The notes below the pieces were generated by a model, which saw nothing but the letters and a program-made list of their open reading frames with translations, ran no database searches and was not told where the DNA came from. Made by a program: the position numbers and the translations under genes. From positions 40,028 to 104,027 of the forward strand of contig JAFQAP010000003.1 of assembly GCA_017399965.1 (NCBI GenBank): DNA of 64,000 bases, in the 5' to 3' direction. The stretch is from Clostridia bacterium (GTDB lineage: Bacteria; Bacillota; Clostridia; Oscillospirales; CAG-382). Positions 36,075 to 45,559 of the stretch are shown here, piece after piece. Each line of letters begins with the position of its first letter. Position 1 is the first letter of the stretch.

Positions 36075-36995
36075 TTATTCCGTAAGCCCCCGCAAAAGAG
36101 AAGAGTATTCTCCGTAAAGCGCGGTAAAATCCATAGCGGAAGAATATATTTTTTCCAAATCTCTGTGGTATTCCGCCGCTTCCCTAAAGGCTTTCCGCGC
36201 CAAAGCATATGCCTGCGACGCCGCTTCAAGCCCTTCGGGGTCTCCGTTTTCTCTTTCTGCGGAAATATAAATATTTTTTCCGTGGAAATACACACCGTTA
36301 AAGCGGTCGCTGTGAGTCGGGTGGGGGGAAAGCGTCATCCTCTCGTTTTGCTTTGTGCCCAAAAGAACGATCTCCTCAAGCACATCCTCCTCTACACATA
36401 CCGTGCTTTCCGCTTGGGGAAATGCGTTGCACAGCACGGTTCCTTTTCCCGTAAATGCGGCGGAAACACGGTAATCCGCCGTGCCCTTTAAGGATGATAA
36501 AATGCGGGCATTAAAAAGCTCCTCCGCTTTTTCCCCGCCTTTTTGCATAATTTTACCTGCCCGTTCCGCCGATACGGCGGAGCTTATATATCCGTACCCC
36601 CGTTTATAGCACTCCGATTTTTTGCGGGAAAGTGAAATTATCCCCTCTCTGTCAAGCTTTTTTGTGTCTATAAACCTGCCCGTATCAAAAAGTATCTCCT
36701 TTGCCAAGGGGTATTTCGGCTCCAGCACGTGGGGGGAAGTGCCGTCCGCAATACCTGTTTTTAACTCAGGCAGATATATTCCGTCAAGGGATGCGGGGTC
36801 GGAAGAGCAGAGTATCCGCCACACCTGGTACCCCAAGTTTTCGCAATCGGATGCAAGTTTTTTCATCAAAGTGGATTTTCCGCTTCCCGGCGTGCCTTTA
36901 ATAATATACAGCCGCTTCGCATCGGAAAAATATCTCTCCAGATACCCGATAAATCCTTTCTCCGTGTTTACTCCCGCAAAAAATTCTGTGTTCAT
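36075..36995 (-). CDS. Uncharacterised P-loop NTPase (PRK06851-like family)
   Basis: 306 aa with FFAGVNTEKGF, Walker A IIKGTPGSGKSTLMKK and CSSDPASLDGIYLPELKTGIADGTSPHVLEP. GGGAGGAA RBS. Confidence 0.6.
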   Translation of the reverse strand: MNTEFFAGVNTEKGFIGYLERYFSDAKRLYIIKGTPGSGKSTLMKKLASDCENLGYQVWRILCSSDPASLDGIYLPELKTGIADGTSPHVLEPKYPLAKEILFDTGRFIDTKKLDREGIISLSRKKSECYKRGYGYISSAVSAERAGKIMQKGGEKAEELFNARILSSLKGTADYRVSAAFTGKGTVLCNAFPQAESTVCVEEDVLEEIVLLGTKQNERMTLSPHPTHSDRFNGVYFHGKNIYISAERENGDPEGLEAASQAYALARKAFREAAEYHRDLEKIYSSAMDFTALYGEYSSLLRGLTE

Positions 36996-37079
36996 ATATT
37001 CCTCCCGTGGTTGACATTATTAAAAACCCGTTATATACTGTTATTAATAATATGTTTCTGAAAGGTAGTTTGCCAAAAA

Positions 37080-37811
37080 ATGAAAGCTTTAATACTTGCA
37101 GGCGGTAAAGGAAAACGTCTGGGCAGCGATATAACCCATATTCCCAAGGTAATGCGCAAGGCTTTGGGCAAGCCTCTGCTGGGCTACGTGCTGGAATATA
37201 CGGATTTTATCCCCGAAAAAGATAAGGTCATTCTGGTCGGCTACGAAAAACAGGCGGTTATGGATGCGTTCCCCTCATATTCCTTCGCCGTTCAGGAGGA
37301 GCAAAAGGGCACGGGCCACGCGGTTATGTGCGCCGCACCGCATTTTGAGGGATACGACGGGGATATTCTTGTCATAAACGGAGATATGCCCTTGCTTAAA
37401 AGAGAAAGCGTGCTTGCTCTTTTGGATCACCACAAGGAAACGGGTGCGGATTGTACCATACTCACCTTCGTGGCAAAGGGTAATATCCCTCCCTTCGGGC
37501 ATATAATACGTACCGTTTCCGGTTCCGTGGCGGGAATTGTGGAGCACAAGGACGCAAGCGATACTCAAAAGCTCATTCCCGAACTTAACGGCGGTATATA
37601 TATGTTTGACAGCAAAAAGCTGTTCTCCGTCCTTTCCCGCATAACTCCCAGCCCCGTAACGGGTGAATATTATCTTACCGATGTGCCCAAGCTTATGCTC
37701 GCCGAAGGATATAAGGTGGAGGGCTTTATCCTCCCCGATGAAACCGAGCTGGCGGGAGTAAATACGGAAGAGGATCTGAGAGAAGTAGAAAGAATATTAG
37801 GCGCTCGGTAA
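37080..37811 (+). CDS. Sugar-phosphate nucleotidyltransferase (GlmU N-terminal-domain-like)
   Basis: 243 aa with MKALILAGGKGKRL, QEEQKGTGHAV and VINGDMPL. A TTGACA-17-TATACT promoter lies at 37012-37039. Confidence 0.75.
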   Translation: MKALILAGGKGKRLGSDITHIPKVMRKALGKPLLGYVLEYTDFIPEKDKVILVGYEKQAVMDAFPSYSFAVQEEQKGTGHAVMCAAPHFEGYDGDILVINGDMPLLKRESVLALLDHHKETGADCTILTFVAKGNIPPFGHIIRTVSGSVAGIVEHKDASDTQKLIPELNGGIYMFDSKKLFSVLSRITPSPVTGEYYLTDVPKLMLAEGYKVEGFILPDETELAGVNTEEDLREVERILGAR

Positions 37812-38195
37812 AACACTGTAGATCGAAACGCAACGTGTTTAGAAGTTTTACTGCAGCAATTTCCCAAATGTAGGGCGGGTGGCTTGCCCCCGCCGTACCA
37901 TTTACCAAATAAGGTAAAAATTCCGTAGAAAAATCTACGGAATTTTCTTTTTTATTGCGTTTCTACGCATTTTCGCTTCGCTGGCTGTAGAATACTACAG
38001 CTCCCGCTTGCGAAAAAGCGTTCTACAGCGTTTTACCATCGCTTTCGCTCGGTTTTCTGCAGACATTACGTATCAAAAACAATTACACGGTTTTTTGCAC
38101 CGCAAAAAACTACCGAAGTTTCTTGTTTCTCGTTTCTCGTTCCTCGTTGCGGGGTCCCCAAAAATGCGGATGCATTTTTCGGGGTGCCCCTTGCT
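37812..38195 (+). repeat. Family-B composite repeat (37812-38070) followed by a family-A-type island (38070-38195)
   Basis: Contains tgtaGGGCGGG...CCCGCC, CCGTAGA-aaaa-TCTACGG and GCTGTAGaatACTACAGC. Followed by TTTTTTGC-acc-GCAAAAAA, GTTTCTC/GTTCCTC heptads and the CCCC-AAAAATGC..GCATTTTT-GGGG variant (38156-38184). Confidence 0.85.
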
Positions 38196-38265
38196 CCCGC
38201 CGCGAACTGTTTGCGCCAAATTACCGTCTTTTGCGTTTATTCTTTGTTTATACTTGCTGCACAAA

Positions 38266-38299
38266 CAATTCTCCCCGAGTGTTCGGGGAGAATATTTTT
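38266..38299 (+). terminator. Rho-independent terminator upstream of the OLE promoter
   Basis: ATTCTCCCCGA-gtgt-TCGGGGAGAAT stem followed by ATTTTT. Confidence 0.75.
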
Positions 38300-38341
38300 G
38301 CATTTGTTGAATAAAAACATGCATAAAAACCAAAAAACCCC

Positions 38342-38369
38342 TTGAATTTATGCAAAACTGTGTTATAAT
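38342..38369 (+). promoter_or_regulatory. Promoter of the large ncRNA
   Basis: TTGAAT (38342-38347), 16-nt spacer, TGtTATAAT (38361-38369). Confidence 0.55.
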
Positions 38370-38375
38370 GAATAG

Positions 38376-38995
38376 GCGATGGCGCAGTATTCTAGTTAGC
38401 GCGGCGTTTTTGAAGGCGTGCCTAAAAATACGTCAAACGGCAGATCGATGAAGCTCCTGGTGTTTGCTTTGTACGCCCAGTTCAGGGTGGATGCTGGGAG
38501 AGTGGACTGTGGGCGCACCCCAACGGCATGGGGCGGCTAACCCACTTTCCTTTGAGGCTTTTTCTTCGTGGCGGACCTTAACACATGGAAAAGGGGGCTA
38601 CGGGATTAAGATTAAACCTATCACGCGGTACGACCATTACAGATGCTGTGGATAGATGTAGCCGGCTTTGAGTGGGTCATGGCGGATAACGTTCATGTCG
38701 GGATGAGATTAGCTACCGAACCTCGAATAAATCGCGTTTGAAATCATGCCTGCAAAAGAAGATAAGAAAACGTTTTGCGCTATGGCGGAAAACGCCTAGA
38801 CTGTTATCGTGGCAGATAAACACGTATGGGCACGGTGCGGATTACAGTGCGGACTCATAGGCAATCAAGTCGCGGAACCGGTAACGCTCCGCCTCGGTCT
38901 TTAATGGGGAACCCCTTCATCGGCGACGAGAAGGAGACCGCGGGGAAATCCTACTTGACCGTAAGCCGCAAGGTCTACGTACCGTGCCGCCATTA
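38376..38995 (+). ncRNA. ole: OLE (ornate, large, extremophilic) RNA candidate
   Basis: About 620 nt with no credible ORF and no repeat-family content. It is richer in G+C than the surrounding spacers and has many local helices. It has its own promoter and lies upstream of a 4-TM oapA-like gene followed by dxs-tlyA-nadK-argR-recN, which is the classic OLE synteny. The ends are approximate. Confidence 0.65.
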
Positions 38996-38996
38996 T

Positions 38997-39310
38997 TCAA
39001 AAAGCCATTGGGAGCGCGTTCATTCGGCGCAGAACCAAAAACGCAAAAAATAATATATAGTTCTGTTTAGTTATTTTCCGAATGTAGGGCGGGTGGCTTG
39101 CCCCCGCCGTTTTAATAGTAGATTATAAGGTAAAAATTTTTCCGACGAAAATCGTCTACAAAATTTTATTTTATTTGCGTTTTTGTAGCCGTTTTCGCTC
39201 GGGAGGCAGTAGATTACTACAGCTCCCCGCTCGCGAAAAAGGCTTCTGCTTCCAAATGCTCCGCGCCCTTCAGACTTTTTGTTCTACAGCCATTACATAT
39301 CAAAAACACT
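38997..39310 (+). repeat. Family-B composite repeat between OLE and oapA
   Basis: Aligns nearly end to end with 27013-27325. Confidence 0.85.
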
Positions 39311-39332
39311 TATTTAAATTTTAGGATATAAA

Positions 39333-39899
39333 ATGAAAAACATTAAAGAAAAATCCAAACGCCGTGCGCGGCGGATATGGATCACCTTTGCATTTATATT
39401 CAGCTTTTTTATGACCGCCCTCCTCTCCCTTATGTCGGGCGAGGCGTTGGAGGATCTTCCCGTTTGGGCAGCGCTGGCGGTGCTGCTTATCTTTATTTTG
39501 CTGGGCATTGTGTTCGATATGATCGGACTTGCGGTCACCACGGCGGATATTTCCGCTTTTAACGCAATGGCGGCAAAAAAAGACCCCGTGGGAAAGCGGG
39601 CTGTATGGCTTATCGCCAATGCGGAAAAGGTGTCCTCCTTTTGCAACGATATAGTGGGTGATATTTGCGGTGTCGTTTCCGGTGCTTCGGCGGCTTCCAT
39701 TGCGGTGGTGCTGTTTTCCCGGCTTGATTACGAGCTGTCGTTTTGGCTTACGCTGTCTCTCACGGCGCTGGTTTCCTCCATCACTGTGGGAGGAAAGGCG
39801 CTGGGCAAGCGTATAGGTATGGATAAAAGCAGGGAAATAACCCTTTTTGTTGCAAAGGTGCTTTGCATATTCACAAAAAAAGAGAGAAAGAAACAGTAA
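39333..39899 (+). CDS. oapA: OLE-associated membrane protein OapA-like (4 TM helices)
   Basis: 188 aa with a basic N-terminus, four predicted TM helices and DIVGD in TM3. Located between the ncRNA and dxs. Confidence 0.6.
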   Translation: MKNIKEKSKRRARRIWITFAFIFSFFMTALLSLMSGEALEDLPVWAALAVLLIFILLGIVFDMIGLAVTTADISAFNAMAAKKDPVGKRAVWLIANAEKVSSFCNDIVGDICGVVSGASAASIAVVLFSRLDYELSFWLTLSLTALVSSITVGGKALGKRIGMDKSREITLFVAKVLCIFTKKERKKQ

Positions 39900-39900
39900 A

Positions 39901-41730
39901 ATGATACTTGAAACGGTTTTTTCACCGGCAGACGTAAAAAAACTGCCCCCCGAACAATTAAAGATACTGGCGGCGGAGATCCGTTCCGAGCTTATTAACG
40001 TAACTGCGGCAAACGGCGGGCATCTTGCCTCCAATCTGGGTGCGGTAGAGCTTACTATCGCCCTTCACCGTGTTTTCGATTGCCCCGAGGACAGGATCAT
40101 TTTTGACGTAAGCCACCAGAGCTACGTTCACAAAATGCTTACGGGCAGACGGCAGTTTATGCATACTCTCCGCAAATACGGAGGACTTTCCGGCTTCCAG
40201 AAACGGTCGGAGAGCAAAGCCGACCCCTTCGGCTCCGGTCACTCTTCCACCTCTATCTCTGCGGCGGCAGGCTTTGCGGCGGCAGATAAGATCGCAGGAA
40301 GAAAAAATATTACCGTTGCCGTTATAGGCGACGGAGCCTTAACGGGCGGTATGGCTTACGAAGCGTTAAACAACTGCGCTTTGTACGATAATATGGTAAT
40401 TATTCTTAACGATAACGGGATGTCCATATCTCCCAACGTGGGAGCCACATCCAAGCTCCTTTCCCGTATCCGTGTAAGTAAAAAATATTTCGGCTTCAAG
40501 CGGTTTGTTTACAAAGCCTTTATGGCTGTACCCGGTATCGGCAAAGGCTTGGTAAATATGGCTGTCGGCTTTAAAAACTGGGCAAAGCGCCATCTTGTTC
40601 ACGAAAATCTTTTCGAGCAAATGGGAATGCACTATTTCGGCCCTCTTGACGGACACAATATCTCCGCTATGGAGGACGTGCTGCGCGAAGCCAGGGAGGA
40701 CGGAAAATGCTCTGTTGTCCACGTTTGCACCAAAAAGGGCAACGGATACGCCCCTTCAGAGAAAAATCCCGCATTTTTCCACGGCGTTTCGGGGTTTGAC
40801 AGAGAGACGGGCACGGTTAAAGAGGGCGGAAAAAGCTATTCAAGCGTGTTCGGGGATACTCTTACACGCCTCGCATATATGGACAAGCGTATATGCGCAG
40901 TCACCGCCGCGATGGAATACGGCACGGGACTTGCACCCTTTGCAAAAGCCTTTCCGGAAAGATTTTTTGACGTGGGCATAGCCGAAGAACACGCAATGAC
41001 CTTTTCCGCAGGTCTGGCGGCAGGGGGAATGAAGCCTGTTTTTGCGGTTTATTCCACCTTTTCACAAAGAGCGTACGACCAGCTTATACACGACGTAGCC
41101 CTGCAAAACCTTCCCGTTGTCATAGCGCTTGACAGAGCGGGCATCGTAGGGTCGGACGGACCTACCCACCACGGTATGTTCGATATGGCGTACCTTAATT
41201 CCATCCCCAACGTAACGGTATGGTCCCCTTATACCGAAACCGAATTAAAGGTGTGCTTAAAGCGGGCGCTGGATCTTGATTCTCCTTCCGTGGTGCGCTA
41301 CCCCAGAGGAAACGTGCCCGAGGGAAAATCCGTTTCCGATATAGATTATGCCGTAACGGATTTCGGACAGAGCGAATTTATATACACTGTCCTCATAACT
41401 ACGGGCAGTGAAACGGCAGAGGCGTACCGCGCTTGCGAGATCGCCCACGCCAACGGAACAAACGTCCGTCTTATCCGTCTTATTCGGGTAAAGCCTTTGC
41501 CCGATATTACCCACCTTATTAAAAACGCCCGTGTTATCGTAACGGCGGAGGAGGGTATGAAAAAAGGCGGCTTGGGTGAAAGTATTGCCGCTATGTGTGC
41601 GCAAAAACAGCTCCGTGCCCGTGTTACCGTGTGCGGTGCGGATGACTTCCTGCCCCACGGAGATACGGATGTGCTCCGCTCCATAGCGGGGATAGATTCC
41701 ACCTCCCTTGCACAGAAATTATGCGAATAG
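39901..41730 (+). CDS. dxs: 1-deoxy-D-xylulose-5-phosphate synthase
   Basis: 609 aa from MILETVFSPADVKKL (ATG 2 nt after the oapA stop). Contains GHLASNLG, the ThDP motif GDGALTGGMAYEALNN, and DRAG(I)VG.DGPTHHG. Confidence 0.95.
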   Translation: MILETVFSPADVKKLPPEQLKILAAEIRSELINVTAANGGHLASNLGAVELTIALHRVFDCPEDRIIFDVSHQSYVHKMLTGRRQFMHTLRKYGGLSGFQKRSESKADPFGSGHSSTSISAAAGFAAADKIAGRKNITVAVIGDGALTGGMAYEALNNCALYDNMVIILNDNGMSISPNVGATSKLLSRIRVSKKYFGFKRFVYKAFMAVPGIGKGLVNMAVGFKNWAKRHLVHENLFEQMGMHYFGPLDGHNISAMEDVLREAREDGKCSVVHVCTKKGNGYAPSEKNPAFFHGVSGFDRETGTVKEGGKSYSSVFGDTLTRLAYMDKRICAVTAAMEYGTGLAPFAKAFPERFFDVGIAEEHAMTFSAGLAAGGMKPVFAVYSTFSQRAYDQLIHDVALQNLPVVIALDRAGIVGSDGPTHHGMFDMAYLNSIPNVTVWSPYTETELKVCLKRALDLDSPSVVRYPRGNVPEGKSVSDIDYAVTDFGQSEFIYTVLITTGSETAEAYRACEIAHANGTNVRLIRLIRVKPLPDITHLIKNARVIVTAEEGMKKGGLGESIAAMCAQKQLRARVTVCGADDFLPHGDTDVLRSIAGIDSTSLAQKLCE

Positions 41731-42449
41731 ACCTTTATTTAGTGGAAAAGGGCTTGGCGCCCAGCCGCAGTAAAGCAAAAGAATATATAGATTCCGGCAG
41801 AGTTTTTTTAAACGGTGCACCCGTTAAAAAAGCGGGTGCGGAGGTTACGGGATGTGAGGAAATTAAGGTTTCCGACCCGGATAAATTCGTGTCCCGCGCA
41901 GGCAGAAAATTAGAAGCCGCTTTGGATATCTTCGGTATCGACGTTACCGGCTTGACCGCTCTTGACCTTGGTGCGTCCACAGGGGGATTTACAGATTGCC
42001 TCCTGCAGAGAGGGGCGTGCCGTGTTATCGCTCTGGACGTGGGAAGAGATCAGCTTGATGAACGTCTGCGGAAAGACACACGTGTTTTTGTAATGGAAAA
42101 CACAAACGCACGGGATATTCACCCCGAGCACCTGCCCTTTTTACCGGATATCGTTACCACAGACCTTTCTTTTATTTCCCAGACTCTTGTTTATCCCGCA
42201 GTTGCGCGGGTGCTTGAAAAGGGGTACTTTATATCCCTTGTAAAGCCCCAGTTTGAAGCGGGGAGAGAGAATATCGGCAAGGGCGGTATCGTAAAGGACA
42301 AAGACGGAAAGATAAAAGAAGCGGTGTTTGAAAAAATAAAAAACGAAGCGTTAAAAAACGGATTTTCTTTAATAAAAACCGCCCCTTCACCCATAGTGGG
42401 AGGGGACGGAAACACAGAATATCTGGCACTTTTTGAAAGGAGTGTTTAA
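41721..42449 (+). CDS. tlyA: TlyA family rRNA 2'-O-methyltransferase
   Basis: 242 aa. S4-like N-terminus (RIDLYLVEKGLAPSRSKAKEYI) and an FtsJ-type SAM motif DLGASTGGFTD. Confidence 0.85.
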   Translation: MRIDLYLVEKGLAPSRSKAKEYIDSGRVFLNGAPVKKAGAEVTGCEEIKVSDPDKFVSRAGRKLEAALDIFGIDVTGLTALDLGASTGGFTDCLLQRGACRVIALDVGRDQLDERLRKDTRVFVMENTNARDIHPEHLPFLPDIVTTDLSFISQTLVYPAVARVLEKGYFISLVKPQFEAGRENIGKGGIVKDKDGKIKEAVFEKIKNEALKNGFSLIKTAPSPIVGGDGNTEYLALFERSV

Positions 42450-43238
42450 ATGAAACGGGTTCAGCTCCTTGTAAATACGTTAAAGCCGGAAGCCCAGTAT
42501 ACCGCCATGAAGGCGGGGGACGTTCTGGCGCAATGCGGTATGACGGTTACCGAAAAAAATCCCGAAGCCATTATTTCTATCGGCGGGGACGGAACCGTGC
42601 TCCGTGCCGCGTCCATCGCCGCAAGAGCCGATATTCCCATTGTGGGCATAAACTGCGGCACGCTGGGATATCTGAACGATATCGAAGCGGACGAAACCGA
42701 GCTTTTGCGGAAATTAAAGACCGATGATTACACCGTGGATGAGCTTATGCTCCTTGCCGTCACCCTTCACAGAAAGGACGGAAGCCAGGAAGAATTTTTG
42801 GTGCTTAACGAGGTGCTGTTCTCCCGCGGGGCATCTCCCCGTATAGCAGACATACATTTGTATTCCGACGGTGTTCACGTTTCCGATTATTCGGCAGACG
42901 GGCTCATCTTTTCCACCCCTACGGGAAGCACGGCATATTCCCTTTCCGCAGGAGGACCTATTATACATCCCAGCCTTGAATCCATTACCGTTACTCCCGT
43001 TTGCCCCCATCCCACCGCATCTACAAGAGCAATAGTTTTCCCCGCCGACAGTATGCTTATGGTGGCGGCAGAGGTAAGAGGCGGCGAAAATGCCTGCATT
43101 ACCGTGGATTCCGCACCTCCCGTGGCGTTTTGTGCGGGAGATTACGCAGTCATCCGCAAGAGCGAGCGGCATACAAAAATAGCCCGTATCAAGAACCGAA
43201 ACTTCTATTCGGTCGTCCATAAAAAATTCAACGTTTGA
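42450..43238 (+). CDS. nadK: NAD kinase
   Basis: 262 aa with the motifs GGDGTVLRA, NCGTLGYL and STPTGSTAYSLSAGGPI. Confidence 0.9.
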   Translation: MKRVQLLVNTLKPEAQYTAMKAGDVLAQCGMTVTEKNPEAIISIGGDGTVLRAASIAARADIPIVGINCGTLGYLNDIEADETELLRKLKTDDYTVDELMLLAVTLHRKDGSQEEFLVLNEVLFSRGASPRIADIHLYSDGVHVSDYSADGLIFSTPTGSTAYSLSAGGPIIHPSLESITVTPVCPHPTASTRAIVFPADSMLMVAAEVRGGENACITVDSAPPVAFCAGDYAVIRKSERHTKIARIKNRNFYSVVHKKFNV

Positions 43239-43253
43239 AAGGAAGCGGCGTAA

Positions 43254-43712
43254 ATGAAGATAAAAAGACAAACAAAAATAATGGAGCTTATAAAAACTCG
43301 GGACGTAGACACCCAAGAGGAGCTGTTGTTGCTGCTTCGCGCTGCCGGATTTGAATGTACCCAAGCCACCGTATCCAGAGATATACGTGAGCTTAAAATA
43401 GTAAAGGCTTCCAACGGAAAGGGCGGATACCGCTACGTTTCCGCAACCCTGCCCACCTCCGAGCATATTGCCACCAAGTTTGCAAAAATACTTGCAGACA
43501 CGGTAAAGAGCGTGGATCAGGCAATGAATCTGGTGGTGCTCCGCACCTATATGGCAATGGCATCTGCCGCCTGCATCACTATAGACGCTATGAATTTCGA
43601 AGGAATTCTGGGCTCTATCGCAGGGGACGATACCATAGTTTTAATTACCAAAAACGAGGAAGATGCCCACCGTATCTGCGTAAAATTAAAGGAACAGATC
43701 GGCGCGGCGTAA
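43254..43712 (+). CDS. argR: Arginine repressor
   Basis: 152 aa. Winged-helix N-terminus (QEELLLLLRAAGFECTQATVSRDIREL) and C-terminal GSIAGDDTI. Confidence 0.9.
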   Translation: MKIKRQTKIMELIKTRDVDTQEELLLLLRAAGFECTQATVSRDIRELKIVKASNGKGGYRYVSATLPTSEHIATKFAKILADTVKSVDQAMNLVVLRTYMAMASAACITIDAMNFEGILGSIAGDDTIVLITKNEEDAHRICVKLKEQIGAA

Positions 43713-43721
43713 AAAACAGAT

Positions 43722-45386
43722 ATGCTTTTTTCACTACATATCCGCTGCGTTGCACTTATTAAGGAATTGGATATAGACCTTTCCGAAGGGCTTACCGTCT
43801 TTACGGGTGAAACGGGCGCAGGCAAAAGTATTATCATAGATTCAATAGCCCTGCTTTGCGGCGCACGGAGCGATAAAAGTATTATCCGCACCGGAGAAGA
43901 CAGCGCCGAGGTGGAGGGTGTTTTCGGTATGCTTTCTTCCGATGTGGTAAAGGCGCTGGAAAAAGAAGAGGTGTACCCCGATGAAGAGGGAAACCTGTTC
44001 CTTACCCGCCGTATCACCGCCGACGGCAGAAGTGTTTCCCGCATAAACGGCAGAGTTGTGCCCGTGGGCAAGCTCCGTGCCGTTTCAGCGTATCTTTTGG
44101 ATATTCACGGTCAGCAGGATACCACCCGTCTTGCAGACGAGAGCATACATCCCGCCCTTTTGGATCTGTATGCGGATAATAAGGCGGAAAAGGAAGAGTA
44201 TTTAAAAGCCTACCGCGTTTACACCGCTTTGCGCAAGGAAAAGCAGGCGCTTCTGGAGGATATGGAAAACACGGAGGAAAAGAAGGATTTTCTTTCCTAC
44301 CGTCTTAAAGAGCTCCGCCGCGCAAAGCTTAAAGCGGGGGAGGAAGAAGAGCTTACCGCAAAGCGGAATATGCTTGTAAACCGCGAAAAGATAGTGGTTT
44401 CCGCAAGAAACGCATATTATGCGCTGTATGAAAAAGACGAATCCGCCGCATATCTTATCTCGATGGCGGAAAACGCTCTCTCCGCCCTTTCGGATTATGC
44501 GGAGGAAGCAAAAGAGCTTTCCCAAAGGCTTGAAAGCGTGCGGTTGGAAATAGAAGATATTGCAGATACCGTGGTGTCTTATGCAGACGACCCCGAAGGC
44601 GACCCTCAGTCCGCTTTGGACAATATAGAAGCCCGCCTTTCTCTTATATCCTCTCTCCGACGTAAATACCGCACGGATGAATCGGGGCTTATTGCTCTGC
44701 TTGAAGAAACCGAAAACGAGCTTAACAGTATAGAAAACAGCGTCTTCCGTAAGGAGGATATAGAAAAAGAGCTTATTAAAGCGGAAAAAGAGGCTTCCGA
44801 AAAGGCATACGCCTTGTATACCACCCGCGCACGCGCCGCAAAGGAAATGGAAAAACAGATAAAGGATATCCTTTCCGCTCTGGATATGCCCGGAGTGACC
44901 TTTGTGACCGAGTTTGAAAAAACGCCTCTTTCCCCTTTGGGTACGGAAAAAGCAAGGTTTTTAATATCCGCCAACCCGGGAGAAGAGCCTCGTCCCGTGG
45001 CAAAAATAGCATCGGGCGGGGAATGTGCCCGTATAATGCTGGCGGTAAAGAGCGTCCTTGCAAACGCAGAGAATATCGGTACAATGATATTCGACGAGGT
45101 GGATACGGGTATTTCGGGCGCAACCAGCTCCCGTATCGGTATGCGTCTTAAGGCTCTGGCGGGAACGGACAAGCAGGTCATCTGCGTTACCCACTCCGCC
45201 CAGATAGCCGCTTTGGCAAAAAATCATTTACTCATTTCAAAAAGCGCATCCTTCGGCAGAACAGAGACCCACGTCCGCCCTCTTCACGGCGAAAGCCGCG
45301 TAAAAGAGGTGGCGCGTATTATGGGAGGCATAGAGCCCGGGGAAGAAATAATAAACGCAGCAAGAACAATGATAAAAAACCCGTGA
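43722..45386 (+). CDS. recN: DNA repair protein RecN
   Basis: 554 aa with Walker A TGETGAGKSIIIDS, coiled-coil middle, and C-terminal SGGECARIMLA and IFDEVDTGISG. Confidence 0.95.
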   Translation: MLFSLHIRCVALIKELDIDLSEGLTVFTGETGAGKSIIIDSIALLCGARSDKSIIRTGEDSAEVEGVFGMLSSDVVKALEKEEVYPDEEGNLFLTRRITADGRSVSRINGRVVPVGKLRAVSAYLLDIHGQQDTTRLADESIHPALLDLYADNKAEKEEYLKAYRVYTALRKEKQALLEDMENTEEKKDFLSYRLKELRRAKLKAGEEEELTAKRNMLVNREKIVVSARNAYYALYEKDESAAYLISMAENALSALSDYAEEAKELSQRLESVRLEIEDIADTVVSYADDPEGDPQSALDNIEARLSLISSLRRKYRTDESGLIALLEETENELNSIENSVFRKEDIEKELIKAEKEASEKAYALYTTRARAAKEMEKQIKDILSALDMPGVTFVTEFEKTPLSPLGTEKARFLISANPGEEPRPVAKIASGGECARIMLAVKSVLANAENIGTMIFDEVDTGISGATSSRIGMRLKALAGTDKQVICVTHSAQIAALAKNHLLISKSASFGRTETHVRPLHGESRVKEVARIMGGIEPGEEIINAARTMIKNP

Positions 45387-45404
45387 TACAATCACGGGTT
45401 TTTT
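45374..45404 (+). terminator. Rho-independent terminator overlapping the recN stop
   Basis: ACCCGTGA-tacaa-TCACGGGT stem followed by TTTTTT. Confidence 0.8.
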
Positions 45405-45528
45405 GAATGAGGAATGAGGAATGCGCCGCGTTGCTTCGCACCGCTAAATGAGGAATTTCGGAAGATTTTTGTTCGTTACGAACAAAAATCAACCATCATT
45501 TCTCATTCATCATTCATCATTCCTCATT
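45405..45528 (+). repeat. Family-A island
   Basis: In order: AATGAGG heptads, the aatgCGCCGC...GCTAAATGA module, GATTTTTG-TTCGttaCGAA-CAAAAATC (45464-45490), then CATTTCT/CATTCAT/CATTCCT heptads. Confidence 0.85.
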
Positions 45529-45559
45529 AAAAAATGCCGCCAAAAAGGCGGCGTTTTTT
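45529..45559. terminator. Bidirectional terminator hairpin
   Basis: AAAAAATGCCGCC-aaaaa-GGCGGCGTTTTTT. Confidence 0.75.

Noticed and set aside
38376-38995. Alternative identities for the 620-nt ncRNA: tmRNA, RNase P RNA, 6S or SRP RNA, or a GOLLD/ROOL-type RNA.
   Set aside because: It has no tRNA-like ends or tag ORF as in tmRNA, and no GAGGAAAGTCC-type RNase P core. It is far too long for 6S or SRP RNA. The oapA-dxs-tlyA-nadK-argR-recN synteny specifically fits OLE rather than the prophage-associated GOLLD and ROOL RNAs.
39321-40034. A 237-aa ORF antisense to oapA and the dxs start.
   Set aside because: It is opposite a well-formed 4-TM gene and the conserved dxs N-terminus, gives a basic low-complexity translation, and has no RBS.
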